A stretch of 64,000 nt of DNA from the human T2T-CHM13v2.0 reference genome, Homo sapiens. The stretch lies in NCBI RefSeq assembly GCF_009914755.1, contig NC_060927.1; one strand, 5' to 3'. Positions 55,728 to 64,000 of the stretch are shown here, piece by piece; within the stretch, counting starts at the first letter, position 1; every line of letters starts with the position of its first letter. The notes under the pieces are model-generated. The model searched no databases. It saw only the letters and a list, made by a program, of their open reading frames with translations, and had not been told where the DNA came from. A program made the translations under genes and the position numbers.

Positions 55728-55973
55728 GTAAGTATCCAATACCTTGTTCCATTTACTTCTATCACATATTGCTAAAGGATTTATTTACATAAAGTGTTTG
55801 AATCTTTACAGTCAATATATATGACACATATAGAAAACAATTTAAACTTATAGCAACAAGTTCCTGTCAGATCTAGTAATAGAAGCACATTTAAATTTTG
55901 GGACAAATGTTAGGCCCTAATGTCAATAACTAAAAATAAGTCTGAATGACATGTTTCTTTTAAGAATCATGCT

Positions 55974-56267
<294 letters not shown>

Positions 56268-57933
56268 CTATACTACAGATATAGCTCCATTTATACATAG
56301 CATGTATACACAACTTGTAATATTCATATTTAGTATTAGAGATACTGATCTTTTATTGATATTTTGTATATTTGCAGTTCTGGTTGCTATTCATCAAAAT
56401 AGTTATCATAGATTGGTACAGGCTTACTATATTAGGGAATAAATTAACATATATCATTTACCCTAATGGTCTCTCAGCCAAAAGAATGGCTTGAAGCACA
56501 CAGAGCAGTAGATAGTTGTGAATGAAACCAAGCTCATAGGTTCTTATTGCAGGATCCTAATGGCCAAGTCAGAAATTCCATTTCTGAGCATAACAACTAG
56601 AGATCATTTCTACGGGGAATGTCTCTGCCCTGAACAAGAGTGAATAACAGGATATTATAAATTCTAGCTACAGTCTCATAGTTACAAATTCTTCTACACA
56701 AACCTTTTAATGCCAGTTGTGTGTGATTTTTTTTTTTAAATCTTCTGCATGTTGCAAACAATAGCAGGGATATAGCACATATCATGGTAGATCTAAGAGT
56801 AGCCTGCCTGCTCATACATCATAGTATTTCTTTGGTTCAAAGTGCGAAATGTACATTTCATAAATATTTGTATGTGTTATTGGTATAATATGGTGGTTTA
56901 GTTAACTGGACAGACTATTGTACTTCTGTGTCTTTTATGTTTATGTAGTTATCATAACACCATTAAACTGCAAGGAACATTCAAGTCATATTTCACAATT
57001 AGTGACAATCAGGAACCTCTAGTGATTCTCAGAAGAACTACGGGATTTTTCTGTGAACCCAGCAACTTAGTTTCTTAGACTGCAGTAAAGAAGTGTTGAA
57101 GGCAATGGGGTGGATTTCCACCAGAAACAGGCTACAGAGGAATATTCCAGAGAAGATACCAGGAGTATGTTTTCAGCCTTATTTCATATTTTACAGAGTG
57201 CTTACCATTGCTAACAATGAAGATATAGCATGGATGGAAACCCTATTGTCACTCATGATAACCTAATTCAGAGCACAATATTTACTGAAAATAGGTTGAT
57301 AGTCTTCTGGATTTTAAAGTGTGGTTCTCCATCCCTTTTTTTCTGGTTTTATTTTGTCACTAGCAGTTAGCCACTAGGTGTCAGTAGCAATCCAACATCA
57401 CAATACAAATTGCCAACTCTGGTCTTGATACCTAATTTTTGTTTCTTTCACTTTTCTGATCCATCATTATCTGTCTTACCTCCCAAGTCTTTGTAAGGAG
57501 GACACATTTTGGAAATACTTTTGTGTCCTTGTTTTTCCATATTACTTTATGTACCCTTTACAATTTTCTGCAAGGTAAGCAGTAGTACCTCTGTTTTATA
57601 TAGAAAGCATTGACTGATAGTTGAAAAAAAAAAAACTTAGGCTTCTGAGTCCAGCAAATTTATTCTACTACTTATTAATTTACCTCTCTGTTAGCTAACA
57701 TCTGTTACCTTGTGAAGATTTTTTTAATCTGTAAAAGTAAAAAATAAAATGTGTTATATTTTGTACAGATTAAATTAGATACTGTTAAAGTACCTAGCAT
57801 AAGAAAGCACCCCATAAATGTTAAGTTTACCCTTTTACCTAAACACTCTATTTAAAAAAGGTGGAAACTAAGCCACAGGATAAAAAAGTGTATCATTTGG
57901 TTTCAAATAGGAGGTGCTTTGGTTATATTTTCT

Positions 57934-58308
<375 letters not shown>

Positions 58309-58567
58309 TAGTTTATATTGTCATATTCCCAACTGTCTCTAGATTTGAAAAGAGACAAAAATCTATTTTTAAAAAATAAATAGCAGTAAATATAGGAGAG
58401 TAGTTTGTGTTAGCCAAAGTTCTTTATGTGAATGTAGCTGTGAAGGGTATTCTGAACTTATATCTGATTTTGCTTCCAGAATTCTGGAATTTCCTAGTAT
58501 GACAAACAAGAAGGCCTTTGGTTCATTTGGGGCTAATTTAATATTATTATTTAAAATTTAAGATTGG

Positions 58568-58855
58568 GGCCGGGAGCAGTGGCTCATGCCAGTAATCCCA
58601 GCACTTTGGGAGGTTGAGGTGGACAGATCACTTGAGGACAGGAGTTCGATACCAGCCTAGCCAACTATAGTGAAACACTATTGTGACTAAAAATACAGAA
58701 AATTAGCCAGGCGTGGTGGTGCATGCCTGTAATCCCAGCTGCTAGGGAGGCTTAGACAGGAACTCTGGGGGTGGAGGTTGCAGTGAGCCGAGATCATGCC
58801 ACTGCACTCCAGCCTGGGTGACAGAGCAAGACTGTCTCAAAAAAATTTAAAAATA
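58568..58855 (+). mobile_element. Alu, sense, diverged with an internal deletion
   Basis: ggccgggagcagtggctcatgcc ... gacagagcaagactgtctcaaaa. Confidence 0.93.
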
Positions 58856-59199
58856 AAGTTTAAGGTTAGAAGCTTTTTGGTGAAATATTAAATGGCACAT
58901 GTAATGGCACGATTCTGTTGTCTTTGGAAACAGTCTCAATAATCGTGTATGTAGAATAACCCAAAGACAAGAACACTGAATAGACTAGGAAGTATTTTTT
59001 AAACTGCCAGAGAGTAAACAGAAACTATTGCAGAACTGTAAGTTTTCTTGCCCTGAAACTTTCAAATTAGGTACTTTTAAAAAGAAATCTTCCCAAATAA
59101 CTAATAAAGTGTATTCATTTTATTGCTTTGTCTGCATAGAAAAAGTTAATAATGCTCCCAGATGTGAATATTAGACTTACAAACTATGCAGGAGTATTC

Positions 59200-61500
59200 C
59201 AATGAAAGAAGATTGATCAAGTATGCTTAGTTTCATCTCATTCCCAACTCTCACTAACAGTAAAGAGACTTTTTAAAAAGATATTAATATATACGGACAA
59301 AAAGAAGGGAAGTAGTGAAAATGGCAACCAAATTTTGGAAGCTGAATATTTGATCAGTGTTGAATTACTTAACAGACCTGAGAAAGCTGAATCTTAAACT
59401 ACCAGTGGGGAAAGCTGAAAAGCAGCCTAATTTACATTGCAGATGCAAAGCCTCAGAAATTGGTGGAAATTGAAAATAAGGATGAACGTGGGATGAAAAG
59501 AGAAGATATGATTATACATCTTCCCTTTAAGAGAAAATTGAAGGTTTATTCTCTGCAGAGTCAAAGACAGTGTCTCTGGACTAGAAAACCCTAGGTGCAC
59601 AACTGTCTGGTGGTGCTGAATTGAAAAATGAGGAAAAAAAGTTTTCATGCTGAATATTATAACTCTCTTCTACTGCTCCTATTTCTCCCAGAAAACAATG
59701 ACAGTAGGCAGGATATAGGAAGAGTCATCTTTGGGGAATCAGACCAGCCTAAGAGCAAATATCTAAAGGTATTAATATTGGAGATCCCAAGGAAATGGCT
59801 TAGCCAGACGTACTAAAAGGAAGACCATATTTGACAAGCTTCACACACGTTTGCAAATTCCAATCAATTTTTTAGTGTTCACTTATACATATGAACAGAT
59901 GGCAAAGGATGACCAGGCATTTGAGGATGAAAACATTATGAAATATGGGAATGTGCACAAACAAGAAAAGTGGGTTCGAGTAAGTAGAATTTATATAGAG
60001 AGAACATTTCAAAAAACTGTTAAAGAGTATCCTCAAAGAGATAAGAGAAGGTGTTACTTTCATGAATAAAGGCAGTAAACTACTTGAAAAGAAAGAACGA
60101 AAAAAAATGAGTTCTTGGAAAATAAGAATATAGTAGTTGAAATGAAAAATTTAGTTTTAAAAAGATGATAAAATAGAGGCAAACTCCCAGAAAGTAGAGC
60201 AGAAAGACAAAGAATAGAAAATTTGAAAGAAAAGAAAGGGGTCATGTTCAGGAGGCCCAATATCCAAATAATAGGAAATTCAGAAAGAGAGAACAGAAAA
60301 AAGTAGAGGATAGCAAATCCTCGAACAGTATTTTCTAGAACTAAATTGATGAGTTTTCAGTTGACAGGCCTCTCAAGAGCTCAATACAGTGGATAAAAAT
60401 ATTCCCATACCAGCAGGTATCATTACTAAAATGCAGTGCTGCAAACAGTGGAAGATTCTGCAAGCTTCCTGAGAAAAAAAATTAAAGCTTCCTGAGGAAA
60501 AAAAGAATAAGAAAACAGAATAACATCAGATTTATCAACAGCAACAACTTGGAAGCTGTAAGATAATTGGGAAATGCCTGGAAGAGTCCAAGGAGGGAAT
60601 AATAGAATTATATACTCAGGCAGTATCAGTGCATTTTGACAGTAGAATAAAGACATCTTCAGCTATATGGTATCTCAAGAATTTACTTTCTGTCCTTTTT
60701 ACTAAGGTAGCCACTGAGAAGAATATTTTTCAAAAACAGGAAAATCTTGGTACCAGCATTATCAAAAAAATAAAAGGAAATAAACCAAGAAGAGAAAATT
60801 GAGGGATCATGAGACAGGAAAACCAGCACAGAGAGTAGGGGAAGGAATCCCCAGGATATTAATGGAGACCCTAGAATGATAAGGAAGATATTGTAACAAA
60901 ATGACTGTGGCAGGCATAGAGAAAATGAGTATAGATTCTAGAGTTTTTTATAAGACTCTGTGGAAGAGTTCTTCAAGAAGGCAAAGTAGATGGACTGTGT
61001 AATGTACTTCATAGTAATAAAGGTTTAAACTCTGGGAGTGGTGCAATTGAATTAGTGTTAAGTACATACAATTAAATAGATGAGTTGGATGGGAGTGGGA
61101 AAGACAATTATTAACTCTAGGAGGGATAAAATATAGAAGAGGAAAGAAAAAGTATACCACCTGTCTTAGCTGTGAATAGCATTTACAGAGTCATCATATT
61201 GACAATGACTATATTAGTGTGTTAGGAGAATGGGGGTATTAGAAGTATTATGAGGGTTGCCTAGGAGCAGCATGGGAGTGTGAGAGAGCTGATGTCTCAT
61301 ATTACATTGAAGGAAATGATATTTGAAGAAGTAACAATAAAAGTATATTATTTAGAGGTATTATAAGTATTCATCTAAAAGGGAGTTATAAGTAGTTGCC
61401 CCTGAAAGGGAGGAATGGAGAAGAAGCAAAGTACTGCTGTTTTGCCTAGAAATCTCATAGAACTAGTTGACTCTATGCAAATGTACAACTTTGATAAAAA
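59200..61500 (+). mobile_element. HAL1/ancient L1 ORF1-like relic
   Basis: Purine-rich, ccaaattttggaagctg start, ORF1-like text (ataataggaaattcagaaagagagaacag; catcagatttatcaacagcaac); family recognised by eye only. Confidence 0.55.
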
Positions 61501-61541
61501 TAATAACTATAGATGAATTGTGCTTTTAAAAAAGCAGGTGT

Positions 61542-61670
61542 AGCTGGACCTGGTGCACACTTGTAGTCTCAACTACTAGAGAGGTTCAGGTGGGAGGACC
61601 ACTTGCACCCAGAAGTTCCAGTACAGCCTGGGCCACATAGCAAGATCCTATCTCTAAAAAATAATAATAA
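61542..61670 (+). mobile_element. FLAM_A-like Alu monomer
   Basis: tgtagtctcaactactagagagg...cagcctgggccacatagcaagatcctatctct followed by A-rich tail. Confidence 0.8.
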
Positions 61671-61787
61671 CAAAAGCACATGTATACATAAGTTTCCAAC
61701 ATGTTGTATAGATTTGACTTAGATTACTTTAGAAAATAGATTTTGCCCTATAGAGATTGATAATTTTTGTTTGTTTTTTGTTATCAG

Positions 61788-61813
61788 ATCAGATCCAGAC
61801 TGTGAAGACATGA
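61788..61813 (+). CDS. ARL6: ARL6 last coding exon (canonical frame DQIQTVKT-TGA; BBS3L frame ends at TAA 61819-61821)
   Basis: ttgttatcag| acceptor; exon sum 123+62+69+95+130+56+26=561 nt = 186 aa + stop. Confidence 0.96.
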
Positions 61814-62274
61814 AAAGATAATAGTTGGAAACCTCAGCAATTTTCAATTCAAGGAATCTATCTAAGACAAATAGAATACATTTTGTAAAAGATGTTTATG
61901 CATCAAAAAATATAATTTTCTGCTTGCATTTATGGACTCTGACCTTTTTAAGAACATAGGACTTCAGGTATGCTAATTTGGCCATTAATTATTTAAAAAC
62001 TAAATATTCCCTCAAAAGGGCTCCCTAGAATTATCAAGTTCTTAGTGAAGGTCTACATTTGATTGTACGTAGAATGTTTAAAAGTCAGTTATAAGCCATC
62101 TCATCCCATCATAATTTATGATATGTTTAATATATTTTATTTTTTAATTGTCTTTTTAAAAAATTTAGTTTATGACTTTGCAGTATGAATTGTGCTTGTG
62201 AAAAAGAACTTTAAATATTTATAAGGGACCATGGGTAATTAATATATATTCAATTTTTACTATGTGTCACTGTC

Positions 62275-62280
62275 AATAAA
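62275..62280 (+). terminator. ARL6: ARL6 proximal polyadenylation signal
   Basis: AATAAA ~460 nt after the stop, followed by GU/U-rich ctttgtttatg at ~62310. Confidence 0.7.
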
Positions 62281-63389
62281 ATGTAAAATATAATGTGCCA
62301 ACTAGTGCGCTTTGTTTATGCTGAAAAGAATAATGCTCTGTTAGTATGGTATTTCGTGTCATACTGTCAAGCATTTGTAAACCATCTGAGACTAAGTTAA
62401 GCTGAATTTATTTATTCAGTGTATGTTGAACATCTCTACACCAACTAGTCAGACATAGTCCTAGGCAATGATGTTACGAGGTAAATAAGACATATCCTTA
62501 TCTTCAGAGAACTTAAAATTTAATGAGGGATAATTTGAGAACCTTTCCATGGATAGTATCTAATTTTATTTCATTGGCTGAATGAAAATATTGCATCTTC
62601 AGATTAAGAGGTATAAAGTAAATTAATATTTGACTGTTCAGTAATCATTACTGACATCTTGTTTTTCACTTTTAAATGCCTCCAATTTACCATAGCACTT
62701 TGTTAAAATAAATTGTGACTTTTAACTTTTTCATGAACATAACTGCTACATAAATGTTCTTTAGAATTTTAGACATATCTCAGGCACACAAATTATTAGT
62801 TCTCACAAATTAGAGAACACTTATAATTGTGAACTCTAAATAGAAACCTTCATTTTAATCACTGAGCAACAGTATATAGAGCAATATTGTTGATCCTGAT
62901 AAACACTGCATATAAAGAAAAACTGTAATATACAATATATACCATCTCAAGTATGCTTAGCTTTGAAAATGATGAAAATAGAAGGCAAAAGTAAGTGAGT
63001 AATAAAGATGTTATAGTAACTGCAGTAGTGGTACATGTTTCACAAAGATTTTAATAAAAGCACATAAAGCTACAATAAAAGTTCTATATTCCAGTTTCTT
63101 ATAGTCCAGAAATAGCAGTGATTTGGCATTTGGCAAATTGAAAGTTACCCAGAAAATTCCAATGGCTCAGCATCTTAGCTAGTTTACCATCTCTCTTGTA
63201 AATTGTTTTAGAGGATACAAAATGAAAATCTCATTAATCTAAAGTTGCTGCAGATATAGGAAGGACATAAGGATGGAAACAATGAATGTAATTTTTTAAA
63301 AAACTGATATGCTACAACTATTTTAGGATGGAGAAAGAATTGATTGAGAATTCAAATCCTCACTCACTTACCATAAGGTAGTAATAAAA

Positions 63390-63610
63390 TTAATAATAGT
63401 TACTACTATATGATCATTATATTATAAGCAGGTATTACACATACAGAATTTTCAACATTTAATCCTCCCAATAAGCCTATGTGGCAGGTTTTATTATTTC
63501 CATTTTATAGATCAGTAAACTGAGGCGTTAAAATGTTATGTAATTTGCCAAAGTTCAAAAAGCTGGTAAGTCTGGTACTAGGATTCAGTACCAAGCAGTC
63601 TGTTTTAAGA
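63390..63610 (-). mobile_element. MIR SINE
   Basis: catttaatcctcccaataagcctatgtggcagg...cattttatagatcagtaaactgaggc core. Confidence 0.75.
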
Positions 63611-64000
63611 CAGATGATTCAAGAGTATGATAGATATTAGAAATACAGATATATCTGCCAGAATAACAATTAAAATGATAGAAAAGGCTCTTACTTGGGA
63701 CAGCAACCAGGACAGGGATGGTAGAGGGAAGGTCAGAGACTAGAGACTACTCTTTGCTTTTTTTGTTTTCTTTTTTTTTCTTTTAAAGCTATTAACACTA
63801 CTCAAATTTTAAACTCTGGATACAAATGACTTTGATAAAAGTCCTTAAAACTATTTTGACATTAAATTATTTGGTATTCCACAAACTACAGTAGCTCATA
63901 CCTATGCAAATATTTAGAAGAAGGAGAAGTACCCTTTTTCTTTGTTTTCATGATCTCCAAAATCTAGTTTTTAGTCTATAAACATCCATCCCTACTCCAC

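Overview
AT-rich primate (very likely human) genomic DNA with two protein-coding genes in tandem on the + strand. (1) The 3' end of EPHA6: the last two coding exons (11208-11357, 12372-12486) encode the SAM domain and the C-terminal GFHV PDZ-binding motif, followed by a probably very long (~12.8 kb) 3'UTR. (2) The complete coding region of ARL6/BBS3, a ciliary Arf-like GTPase of 186 aa: CpG-island promoter with RFX X-box and ZNF143-type motifs, a non-coding exon 1, 7 coding exons, and the 13-nt microexon (55715-55727) that shifts the frame to give the 193-aa BBS3L C-terminus. The introns hold Alus, L2/MIR, MER2, HAL1 and a nested L1MA > AluSp / HERV-L (MLT2A) complex. The best leads are at the ARL6 3' end: a stop-free, in-frame, hydrophobic-coding 126-nt intron before the microexon, and tandem AG acceptors that both enter the BBS3L frame. 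Other leads are a candidate NMD-triggering intron in the EPHA6 3'UTR, an antisense two-LTR HERV-L provirus, an ORF1-less L1, and several templated-insertion or template-switch scars. No prokaryotic systems, CRISPR arrays or RNA genes were seen. Repeat boundaries and subfamilies were assigned by eye and are approximate.
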